Assembly: GCA_964187785.1 (NCBI GenBank)
Contig: OZ076409.1
Location: 19,220,001 to 19,284,000 of the forward strand
Length of the DNA: 64,000 nt
From: Amphiscolops sp. MND2022
Lineage: Eukaryota
Reading direction: 5' to 3'
Both the position numbers and the translations under genes were made by a program. The notes under the pieces are model-generated. The model was given only the letters and a program-made list of their open reading frames with translations. It was not told the DNA's origin and did not search any database. Position 1 is the stretch's first letter. Every line of letters begins with the position of its first letter. Of the stretch, positions 47,021-57,712 are shown in pieces.

Positions 47021-48420
47021 GGCTGAGAGGACGTGGTAGGTACAGGTTGTTCACTGATTTTGTTGGTTGGGATTGTGAATTCTCGTTTCTTCTTCCTGGG
47101 GTCATTTACTGCGTTGGCTCCGTTCCAACAATTCTCAGTTTTGTGCATCTTGCCACATGTATCACACTTGGGTTTGGGTACTTCGTTTTGGGCTGGGTCT
47201 TTTGTGTTTGTTTTGGCGGTATTGTAACGCTCTCGTTGAAGTTTGCGACACTGTGCCTTGTAGTGGCCATATTTGCCACAGTGAAAACAATGGCCTCGTT
47301 GTTGTTGGTCTTTTTTATGGTCCGTCACTACAGCGTCCACTGTGTTGAGTGGGACTAGGATTGTTTCATCGGGCGCACCTAGTCCGTTTAATCTCATTTC
47401 CCTCTCAAGATGTAAAACTATGTCATTGTAGGGTTTATCTTCCAAATATGCTCTGTTGAGGATCTTTTTGACGTGATCCGGCATTTTGGCGTAGATTGCT
47501 TTATCAATGAATTTTTGTGCTTCTGAGCCGAATGCTTCTTTTGCAGTTTTTTGCAGGGTGTCGAGGAACTCATGGAGTTTCTGTTTAGTGGGGTCAAAAT
47601 GCAGGGCGTCCCACTCACATCTCGCTTTAGCGGATGATTGGAAATCACCAAAGCGGCGTTTAAATGCCGTTATGACTTCTTCTAGGTTGTCTTTTTTGGT
47701 GTCATCGAGATTACAATACGCTTGTAGTGCGTTTCCTCGTAGGAGTGAATGAAAGTAGTTGATCTTTTGTATCTCGGTTAGGTGAGGATACATTTTGATA
47801 TTGTTTCGGAATAGGTCCTCAAAAAGTTCAAACTTTTCGGACTTACCATCGAAAACTGGGAGCGAAGCAGTGAGTGCTTTCGGCATCGGAAGTAGATTGG
47901 TTGATGGGAATGTCTGTGGTTGTGGGGCGAACAGGATCTTTGATGTGGAGGGACGGTCTTTTTGTTGTTCGTTGAGTATACGTTGCGTTTTCGGTCGTTT
48001 GGTGGGTTGGTTAGTGGAATCATTGAGGACTCCTGTCACCATGTTACGACTATTAACCGGTGTTGTTTTAGAACTAGTCGCAGTTTGTGTCTTGACTGGA
48101 GTGGACGTTCTCGTCACGGAGATGTTTTCTTGTTCAGAATCAGAATCTTGTATGTTCGAGCTAATTGAGCGTTTCTTGTTCGCTGGTGCTATTAATTTAA
48201 GCATTTCCTTTTGGTTTTCGGCTAATATCTTTGTTAGATCAGTCATTATTTCTTTCCTCAGAGTTGTTTTTATTTCCTCCAGGTTTTCAAACTCAAGTCT
48301 AGGATTTTTACTAGAACTGGGTATCAGGTTTCCAGTAGAGTTATTTTCAGTTAAGGAAGCTTCGAAATCTCCTGACACTAAATCAGCTACAGCTTTCCTC
48401 TTCTGGCTTCTAGTGGTCAT
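47011..48420 (-). CDS. gag: Gag, 469 aa from MTTRSQKRK; first ~126 codons lie inside the 5' LTR
   Basis: Capsid-like LPVFDGKSEKFELFEDLF..KINYFHSLLRGNAL; knuckles CFHCGKYGHYKAQC and CDTCGKMHKTENC; first ATG at 48420 (the track ORF starts at an upstream TTG). Confidence 0.9.
   Translation of the reverse strand: MTTRSQKRKAVADLVSGDFEASLTENNSTGNLIPSSSKNPRLEFENLEEIKTTLRKEIMTDLTKILAENQKEMLKLIAPANKKRSISSNIQDSDSEQENISVTRTSTPVKTQTATSSKTTPVNSRNMVTGVLNDSTNQPTKRPKTQRILNEQQKDRPSTSKILFAPQPQTFPSTNLLPMPKALTASLPVFDGKSEKFELFEDLFRNNIKMYPHLTEIQKINYFHSLLRGNALQAYCNLDDTKKDNLEEVITAFKRRFGDFQSSAKARCEWDALHFDPTKQKLHEFLDTLQKTAKEAFGSEAQKFIDKAIYAKMPDHVKKILNRAYLEDKPYNDIVLHLEREMRLNGLGAPDETILVPLNTVDAVVTDHKKDQQQRGHCFHCGKYGHYKAQCRKLQRERYNTAKTNTKDPAQNEVPKPKCDTCGKMHKTENCWNGANAVNDPRKKKREFTIPTNKISEQPVPTTSSQPKN
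48029..48041 (-). promoter_or_regulatory. Primer-binding site TGGTGACAGGAGT, tRNA-Leu-like
   Basis: Directly abuts the 5' LTR CA; resembles the complement of the tRNA-Leu 3' end (TGGTGTCAGGAGT). The tRNA assignment is from memory. Confidence 0.7.
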
Positions 48421-50299
48421 TTTTGATGTTAAAAAATGATTCTTCGGCAATAGATGAACTCTTCGAAGATGATTTTGTTCAACGTTGAAACAACGAAAAC
48501 AGTTTAAGTTTATTACAACTTGCAAAACACAACTAACTGACTTTACATGTCTCGTCTAAATATATATACCTTCTTAGCGTCATTTGTTCCTCACCTAAAA
48601 ATTCCTAGGAATCGCAAAATCAGGTTTGTTCAACAAAAAGCGCTAATGATTCATATCATTTCAGTCCCGCGTCGTAAAAATCAGGCATCAAAATTCCTAG
48701 TTGCGTCAGTGTTCCGTAAATTTGTTGAAATCATTTTTGTTCAGGCAATCCCATTTCCTGTTTAAGTCTCAAAATTGCGGTAAAATAAAAGTCTAGCTTG
48801 CATTTTCATCAGCGTAAGTACGCCGGCATGAACAATTAGTCAACTTTCAATTTGGGAGATTGAGATTCGAAGTAAAAGAATGACTCGCAAAAATTAACGA
48901 AATTGAAACGAGGCAAAAGGAATTTTGGACTACTGATATTTGAATATTATTGAGGAACAAGCAACGCTAAGAAAAACATAATGATGATTAATCGGTTAAT
49001 TTTGTAAACTGAACAACTGCACCAACAGAAAATCCAACTTTGACCTATACGTGGCCATAACGTAACAAGTACGAATTGCGAAGTACAAATAGATAGGAAA
49101 GAAATGTATTTGCAGGCAATAATTATTCTGCACTCGATTGGGCTTCGTATATGAATAAACAGGGCAGGCATCCTGCATCAATAGCACTTGGTTTGGGTTT
49201 TGACGTTGACCTAACGTTACGTTCTGTGAAACATTTTAATGATAAACAACTAATCACTGAATACATAAACTCTTAATGTAACGTAAGGCACACGTGAATT
49301 GAGAAACTATTGCAATAGCACCGTTACTCTTCGATCATAGTTTTAGCCCCTTCTTACAGTACAACCTTTTACATGTGGACTTGTTTTCAAAAACCCTTTA
49401 AGTGCGTCGATTCAGAAAAAATCCTTATTTGATTTCGGTTTAAACTAATACTTCACCGCTATTATTTTACGAATTGTTCCGTACGTATTAAGATTGGTTA
49501 TAGCTGAACGGCGGAATACAATTTTACAATCCGCTCCGTAGCTGTCCCGTACGTATTAAGGTTGCTCATAGCTTAGCTATCGGACCAAGCGGAGAGAAAG
49601 CGGAGTGCGTAGGTGAAATCATTCTCTCTCTCTTATTCCAATTGGTGTTGCTAGGGGCAACCGAAATTGCTTCTATTCAACTTAGCTAAGAATAGTTCTA
49701 TCAATAGAGTGACGTTATTGGTCCGTAGAAGCAAAATTCCTAATATTAGCTCAGTAGATTGGCGTTGCCATAGCGTTGTAAATATTTGCCTAAATCACTT
49801 GGCTGTGCTTTAAGTGAATATTGACAACCACTTCATCTCTGGAAAACAATTCCGCTCTATTATTTGTCTGTTCCTTTTCATTTTAGATTGTATGAATTCC
49901 GTTGGGATCTCGGAATTGAATTTATTTTAATGTTTTCATTTTAGTGTGGACCAGTGGAAGGAATGATCCCAATTATAAATGTTCATTTTAGTGTTTAGAT
50001 TAGTATGGCAGAAAATCAAAAGATCATACCGGAAATGAAAAATCTTATCACGCGCGGAGAATAGTTAACCGGAAGTTTTAGTTAAAAATCATTTCTGAAA
50101 AACGTTCCGTAACGTTTACGTTAGGTTTTGTATTCGAGAAATTATCTGCAACCGATTTAGCTGTACTGTAAGTAAAATTTAGATCAGTTTAAATTTAAGT
50201 TAGTTTAATAGAGTTTACCTCGGCCTTGTCCCCGGCCAATTTCGAAACCAGGTATCCCACTGCAGCAGCTATAATCCCGACCGGGAGCGGGTCGTGACA
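48042..50299 (-). repeat. 5' LTR (2258 bp)
   Basis: TG...CA ends; six substitutions versus 34092-36349 on a by-eye comparison (~99.7% identity). Confidence 0.97.
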
Positions 50300-53200
50300 C
50301 AAAGAAAAATAAGATTATCATGCCTAAAGTTTTTTTAGTATTTGTGGCACTGTCTGACTTCTTGGGAAACATTCTATTTCCCTGAAGATCTTTACTTTGA
50401 ATGTTCGAGCCTTCTTGATAGAATATAGTCTTTTTCAACCTGAGAGGATTTCCCATTTGTTTTCTCTGGCTTCTTTGTTGAATTTGTTTTTAAGAGGAAG
50501 TTCTAGACAAGGCAGGAGTTTGTATCTGGAATTGATTCTGAAGATTGTCAAAGGTTTTGTCAAAGATTGTGAATTGTTTCAATTTGAACCACGAAATTAT
50601 GCTTTACATAACCAATAAAATGATTTTCATAAAATTTCTAAGATAGCGTGCAGGGATATACTAATTTCAAGACGAAAAAGAAACTTCTTGAAAAATCTCA
50701 CAATGCCTAAAATTGTAAAAGGGATGATCCTTTTGGCCTTTTCAAAATCCGATTTATTGTAAAATGTCAAAAAATTGAAGAACTTGGGAGACATTGAAAA
50801 TATTCCGATGAAATGTCTCACAAGCCAAAATAACAAGTATAAAAATATCTGATGAAGTGCGAGACTAGAGCCCACTCCTTCTGCTTCTCAGGCCTCAAAA
50901 ACTCCTGAAAAACCCTTGTGCCAAGTGACAGTAGAAGTTAAAAATTAGTAAGCAACAGCTTATAAAACTTCAAAAATCTTTGAGTTCGTCGGTCTTGAAA
51001 ATTATAAAAAAAACATAGGCACGACGGCATGTCGCGCTTGGCTTCGAGCAGAAACGTTCAATGGTCTGAAGAAGGAGCTACAAAATGAGTATATCCCAGG
51101 GCCCAAAAGCTAGTGAACATATGTAGCTCCAGATTAGAATATTTTGATGGAAGAACTAAAAAGAAAAATATTTTTGAAAAAAATGAAAAAAAATTCTGGC
51201 AGAAACCCGACAGCGTCACACTTCATGACGGAAACTTTGATAGTACAAAACGTAGCATACATCTTTGCCTCACTTTGTGAGGGAAAATGGTTTCCGTATC
51301 CATTTTCAGTTCTGCGAAAAATCAGCTGCACGTTGGAAAAAATGGAAACATTCCATGAAAAATTTTTCATTACTTCACTTGCTGACAAAAATCCAGAGCG
51401 AAAAAAATTCAACGTAACTTTTAGCATCAAACGTAGAATACATGAGCTTCGTAAAATTAACGAAACCATGAAGCCCATATTTGGTCTCGGTCATGAGATA
51501 TAGGAGCTCAAGTGAAAAAGAACCATTATTTAAAAAAAATCAAGTGTTTTTGGCAAAAAAAAACGAAGACGTCATACTTGAATACGGAAATTTTGTTGGT
51601 CCAAAAAGTAGCCGACATCAATGTTGTTTTTCTCGATAGGGAATGGTTTCTGTATCTTTTATAAGTTTTGAGAAATTTGAGCTACGACATTTTTTTCATC
51701 ATTTTTTGCCCAAAAAAACCAAGTATGAAAAGTTTTAACGTCGTTTCAAAACCAAAACGTAGTCTTTGAAACGCTTGTATAATTTACGAAACCATGGACC
51801 CTGTATTTAGTATCATTTCTGACATATAAAGATCAGAGATGAAGAACATTCGAAAGTTGCGTTTTTTCAAAAATTGTTTTCAAAAAAACCCTTGAAATTT
51901 GAAAAAAAAATTTCGACGAAAATGTAGCCAAGGATCGTGCGAAACGTTTAGCGAAAACATGGTGTCCATATCTATTCTGGGTTTTGAGAAATTTTCCTCA
52001 CAAGTTTTAAAAGTTGGCACATGTCACGAAATCTGCGAAAAAAAGAAAACGTCACCATATGGGCACCTCGCAAAGCTCTAGCCCCAATAAAAGTCATACC
52101 AATAGCCTGGTCTTTCTGCCAAAGCCCCGTTTAAAATACCGCTCAGCTTTGGACTGATGAGATTGATATATAGTCTTTTCTATTGATTCATACAAAATCT
52201 TTGTTCTTTCTTTTTGCTGTAGAACTCTCAAATGTTTGACTTTGTGCTTGTATCTAGCCAAAATTTAGCGGAGAACTTGCGGATTGTACCAAAAACGCTG
52301 ATGTCGAACAAAAAATGTTATTACCTCTATGAATATTATATGCTACTAATACACGGTTTCCGCGTTAAATGAAGCCAATCTCACTTAATGTGAACGAAAT
52401 GGTAGCTTGAATGAAAGTGTAAGCGAACGCCGCATACGATTTTGGGTACACGTAGCATTCTTTGGTCAGCGTTTGTTTAATTTGAAAGCGTCGTTGGTGA
52501 TTCTTATTTGCTAACTCACATGGACGCTGATATTGTTCACTTAACTTCTGATTGTAGAGCACTTTTCGTTTGGTGGCCGGTGATTGCCCTAGTCGAGCCT
52601 GCATGAACTTTTTGCATGTTGCATCAATGCATGCAGGGAAACTTGTTTCTTTCGAGAATTTTTGTCATTGAAAATAGTGTCAGTGCGCTAATGACTCCGT
52701 GCCAAATTTTCTATGCCCTATCGTTTTCCAGGCGAAAAAAAAATGAATCGCACTGAAGATTTTTCAGTGAGACGATTTTTTTTGCTTCAGTGGCACATTT
52801 AGATGAGTTTGTTCACATCAAAAGTAGCGTCTGTGCATACAAGAACCCTCACTTTGCCCGCAAAAACTAACAAAAGTTTTGCGGTTCTTATCCTCTACAT
52901 CTTTGATGCTGCTCGTAAAACCCGCCAAATTTTGCATAAACCTTGATTAAAACCTGGATAATTATCAGCTCAACAGCGAAATTTTCGAGCATGAAAACAT
53001 CTTAAAGAATCACCTAAAACTTTAGTAAAAGTGTCAGGCAACCTATAAAAACATGTAAAAAGTTCATGCACTGTGAACAAGGGTGGCTGAAAATTTGGAA
53101 CGAAAGCAGAGACAATTCACTTAACATCTGATGTGCTTCACTCAACGCGGAAACAGCGCATAATTTGTTTCAACATTCATTAAAGTAAAATAAATTCATA

Positions 53201-53621
53201 AAGGACCAGAAAGTTGCTTGAAGGTTTACTTCTGATCAATTTCAACACACTCATCCAGCTTTGCTTTCTCTACTAACTCTTTCATTCTCATTCAAATTAA
53301 GTGAATTGTAATGAAAATTAATTACTTTCTCGTAAAATGCATATTGAGTGCAGTTTATTCTAAATGTGCAATCAGATCGCAAGATTAAGTAGCAGTAGAA
53401 AACAATTAAAGATGAATATTGCATCAAATTACCCCTTAATTTTAAAGAAGGATAAAAATGTAGTCAGAGGAGGTGGTGGAGGAGGATTGAAATGGTGTTT
53501 TTGGCGGCGTTGGCGACGTACCGTGTAATGAATGCCTGGCTACTGACAAGGAAGCGTTTTGCACTGACTGGACTGATCACCGGATGACTGGTCCCTGGTA
53601 TCTCCTTTTTTGGTTTCGGAC

Positions 53622-56600
53622 TCAGACGTCTGTGAATTTCTTGGGTGTCTGTTGCTGTGACGTCATAGCTCCTCTCTGGATGCCGTAGTTGCCGTCTGGA
53701 AGAGGCGCAACCCCCGCCGAGGCGAAACTTGTCTGAAACAACCTTCACTATATTTCGGGTCTCTATAAGAAGTATTTTACCATATATCCGCAGATTGAAT
53801 AAAAATTTTCATTCTTCTGCTCAAGAGACGAGTGTAATTGCAGAAATCTTTTATCCATTCAAAACTTGTTTATTTTATAACATGTCTCGGTACATTGGAA
53901 CCCTATTAAAATACTAATATTACTTTTTTTTCTAGACAGGATTATCTTAACAATAGTTCTACACGATTGCCAACTATCTTGTGTTTTTCACTTATATAAA
54001 TGTCTAATTCCTCGTTCGCTGAGATTTTTCTAAAGAGTGAAAGCAAAAGTTCATTATAGTTAACTTGTAGTATTATCTTATTATGCTCAAAGTTTTGCAA
54101 TATTCGTATCCTTTAAGTAACAAATCCTCAAGTCTAAGATTTGGATGGTTTTTGTGGAATCTGCTTGGAATTGCAAATCTTACTGCTGCAGTTTTTTTGC
54201 TAAATGAGATTTTATCCTGAAACTAACTTGGCAAGTGTAGATATACTTCTTCAATTGTTTTGAGAAGTTTTTGCTCTTTAAGGAAAATAACAGAGGCCGC
54301 CTTAATTATTCAACTTCATTTGTAAATAAAACTTTTCGACGTGAGGCTTTCACGCTTTTCAATATCGTTCTATGGAGTTATGCTGTTGCATGGAATCGCA
54401 TGATTTCGTATGGAACTCCATACATGGTACTCATGAATTCTTTTACACGTCAATGATTCAGAGGAAATATCAGAAACTTTCTCCTTGTGATGTTTTTTGT
54501 GACTGCGCCATGTTGTATTGTACGATTATAGCTAATTTTAAAAGGACGAGACGCTAGGATAAAATGGTGAATTCACATTATGTTCTAATGCTAAGACAAC
54601 GTACTCTACTTCATATCGGTATCGAATCTACTTGATAGCCCCTTTACATCGGTCATCGCAAGGCGTTAGTTAATTGCAAATTAGGAGTACCAATTGCTAA
54701 TTAGGGTCACAAAGACGGTTGAAAGTTCGTGTCAGTGGAAGTGCAGTTTCTATACTACACTCGAATTCACTGGCATTTTAGCAGATCGTGTGCTAGAAAC
54801 ACAAAATTCGTAAGCGAATGTTTGAACCATGCATTTCATGGAATCCAGTAATTTTTTCTTTGATATTGAGCCAGTATGAAGTTGGATTAAACTAGTCAAG
54901 TCTCGTAATGCTATATTGTGTTCATGCCTTTATGATGATAATGATATCAGTGAGAATTAACAAAGATTGGGGGAAATGAAGTCGACTAACGAAAGAGTAC
55001 TGTGAGCCAGTGTCGTTGTTCAAACCCTGCTTGAAGGTATTGCTTTTGTTCCAGTACTCATTTTGCCCATATATGGTGGCCCCTCCCCCAGGGGGAACAC
55101 CGCCTATCCTCTGCAGACTGGGCGCTTTCTCGAACACCTGGCCTTTGAATGGCAGAGAATCGAAGGCAGGCATCGGCATTCCGTTGTGCAGATTCTTCAA
55201 ACTTTGGTTGCTCTCGTCGACTCCTGTCACCATGTACTTCACGTTCTGTTTGAATGCAGTCGGCATGGATTTCTAAATCACAGAAGAAACAAAATGAACA
55301 ATGAGTGAATTTATAGGCGATGAGAAAAGCAAAATTTGATGTTTCACTGGTCATTAAAGACTTGAACAGGTTTTAGTTCTATGGGCAGAGACAAGAAGAG
55401 CTGTAAGAATCATTTTCTGTCCAAATAGATTGTCTTTTTAGTCGGCGCCTTTTCCCTTAAGCAAAAAAGCCCGACTATTACAGTGGGTAGTTTTTTAGTC
55501 GGCGCCTTTTCCCTTAAGGAAAAAAGCCCGACTCTTACAGTGAGTAGTTTTTTTTATTTTTTCAGTTGACAATCTCACTCTGAGTGGTCCACTTTTTTAC
55601 AATCTTTTGTTCCTTTGTTTTCTGAGAAGCTTAGTTTTTCACAACTAATTTTCTGAGAAGCAGGAGGTCGTGGGTTCGATTCTCGCACTAAACCACAAGT
55701 TTTTTATGCTTCCAAAAGTAGAGGCGAGACCAAAAGGTCCCCCATTTGGGTTTTTTCGGCACTATGCGACTTTTTTTCGAAAATTATCGAATTCTATCAA
55801 AGGGTACCCCCTTGCATTTTTTTGAAGTTTTCGGTTTCTAAAAACGTTTCATGAGCCTAAATGGCCTCTTTTTACAATTTTCATGATCCACTAACTGGCA
55901 CTTGGCATAGAGGTTACGGCTTTTTTGAGGTCTACCAAGCAGAAGGACGTGGGTTCGAGTCCAACTTTGACCAAAATTTTTTTGTGCAGGTTTTTTTCGG
56001 CTTTGCGATACTTTTTTTCGCAATTTTTTTGTCTCCAAAGGGTCCCCCCTTCATTTTTTCCCTATTTTGCAAAAGAATGGATGTTCAAAAACTCCCAAAG
56101 GCCCCCCTTTTACATTTTTCGGGACTATGCGACTTACCGGAGACCAAAAAAATTTCGAAAAAAAATTCAAAAAAATTCAAAAATTTTTCCTCACGCGGGT
56201 ATTGTAGAAAAGAATACTTGACACATTGAAGTCCTTTTGCTATTTTTGAGCCTTAGATATGGTGCCGACTTTGGCCGTTCCCGGCTTATTTTTGTACTGA
56301 ATACTGAATGCGTTAACTAATGACTTTCAATTAAATTAACTTCTTCAATAACACAAACTAAGCACAAAGGAAGGAAAAACTTGGAGTTAACTGCAAATCA
56401 ATACTCAATAAATAACAAGTTACGAAACTTTTAATGAGATGCCTTGGACTCAGGCACTTCACGGAGTTTAAATTGGGGGATAGATAGAAAGTCAATTATG
56501 TCATTCTCGTGAAAGTAATTTCGTTTCAAAAAATAATTCAACTGAATATTTTCTGAGCTCATTTATAAACAAACTTTTTTGATATGAATGTTTCGGCTTT

Positions 56601-57367
56601 GGAAACTCTTGTAAATAGATGCCATGAAATGATGTGCATGGTCATAAACTGATAATGTAACATCTGAGATCCCCACAGCTTTGGAAACCTGCGCAACATG
56701 AATGAAAATGTTTTCCATAAATTTTCCAATGTACAAGAACTTTCTTCCACCTAAATTCCGCGCAATGAGGATTTTTAACATGCAGTTGCATGTACCACGG
56801 TGATGTAAGAATTTAAATAGGGGTCTCAGTCGGATAAACACATTTTGTTCTGGAAATTTTGTAGGAAAAAACTTCGATCGAAAAAACTGATTCGACTGAT
56901 CAAGCTTTGAATTAAAAAAAAATGCTGTAAAATCATCTTTTTCAGCTCTGGCACACGAACCTTTGGTCCGAACCCCTTTTTTGTAACTTCTGGTGATTAA
57001 TTTTACCAACTACATGAAACATCATCATACTTCTCATAAATAAGCATCCAATCACCACACCTTCAACAACCCTTTTAAATTAATTGAGTGAAAACGTGCT
57101 GTGTGTGAGTGGACCTTTTCGGTTTTGTGCAGCCTGTAGCTCTTGTAGAAGTACTCGGCGACGGCAGAGATCATGGCGAGGATGAGTCCGGAGATGAGGA
57201 TGTAGAAGATGCCGGCCACGGAGGACAGTCCCAGCGAATTGGTGTTGTCCGTGTTGGTCGACGAGAACGAGCCCCCACACTCGCCCTTGTCTATCCACCA
57301 CGTCGTCTTCATCCGCTCCAGCGCCCCGTCTTCCTGGTACTTCAGGATGCGCAGCGTAATGTTTTTA
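53622..57367 (-). CDS. Ionotropic glutamate receptor (AMPA/kainate-like), last three coding exons: 57367-57115, 55272-54991, 53732-53622; upstream exons not found in the window
   Basis: S2 end plus M4 (ILKYQEDGALERMKTTWWIDKGECG..LGLSSVAGIFYILISGLILAMISAVAEYFY); phase-0 GT-AG joins to KSMPTAFKQ..QYSF and TSFASAG..PKKFTDV*. Confidence 0.88.
55435..56290 (+). mobile_element. HINE-like repeat with duplicated 5' end and embedded tRNA-like segments, in an iGluR intron
   Basis: Two tandem ttttagtcggcgccttttcccttaag..gcccgact units; 3' gccgactttggccgttcccggcttatt; B-box-like motifs at ~55672 and 55952. Confidence 0.7.
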
Positions 57368-57494
57368 CTGGATAAAAAAACAATACGCAATCCTTAAGTT
57401 ACAGAAGTAATAGAAATAGTTCATTTATCGATGTAAACTAAATGAGCGGCCAGTGGACGAAAAAAGGTAGGTTTTCAAAAACATTTTTCGTATA

Positions 57495-57699
57495 TGTGAC
57501 ATGAATACAGTTGAAGGTCAATAGTAACGCAATGTTACATAATTCTTACTTACTCTATGACCTTTTATGTTAATTACATAACATACCTGCTAGTAACTTT
57601 AATGTCATCTGTAGTACGATATAGTGGACACTATAACTTGATCTTACGTACAATACAGTATTACATTCCCAAACTTCTTTATTCCATTGGTATACAACA
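57495..57699 (+). repeat. 5' LTR (205 bp)
   Basis: tgtgacatg...tatacaaca, followed by the PBS. Confidence 0.95.
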
Positions 57700-57709
57700 T
57701 GGCGCAGTC
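57700..57709 (+). promoter_or_regulatory. Primer-binding site TGGCGCAGTC, tRNA-Ser-like
   Basis: Abuts the 5' LTR; same start as the tRNA-Ser PBS of Drosophila 297/17.6-type elements (from memory). Confidence 0.7.
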
Positions 57710-57712
57710 AGA

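Larger units (their letters stand above)
34092..50299 (-). mobile_element. Full-length intact 16.2-kb Ty3/Gypsy LTR retrotransposon with two extra genes
   Basis: Two 2258-bp direct repeats (offset 13950) starting TGTTACG and ending CGTGACA; 5-bp TSD CAAAG at 34087-34091 and 50300-50304; PBS, PPT, open gag, and a 1714-aa pol in PR-RT-RH-IN order. Confidence 0.97.

Noticed and set aside
41790-48765. Numerous + strand ORFs opposite gag and pol
   Set aside because: Antisense shadows of long coding frames, with no phase-consistent splice chain, unlike 37715-41576.
50900-52400. Protein-coding ORFs 51134-51503
   Set aside because: AT-rich degenerate repeat with imperfect internal subrepeats; no recognisable motifs or splice context.
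55903-55970. Functional tRNA gene
   Set aside because: Internal T6 terminator, no convincing acceptor stem or anticodon arm, and located inside a mobile repeat.
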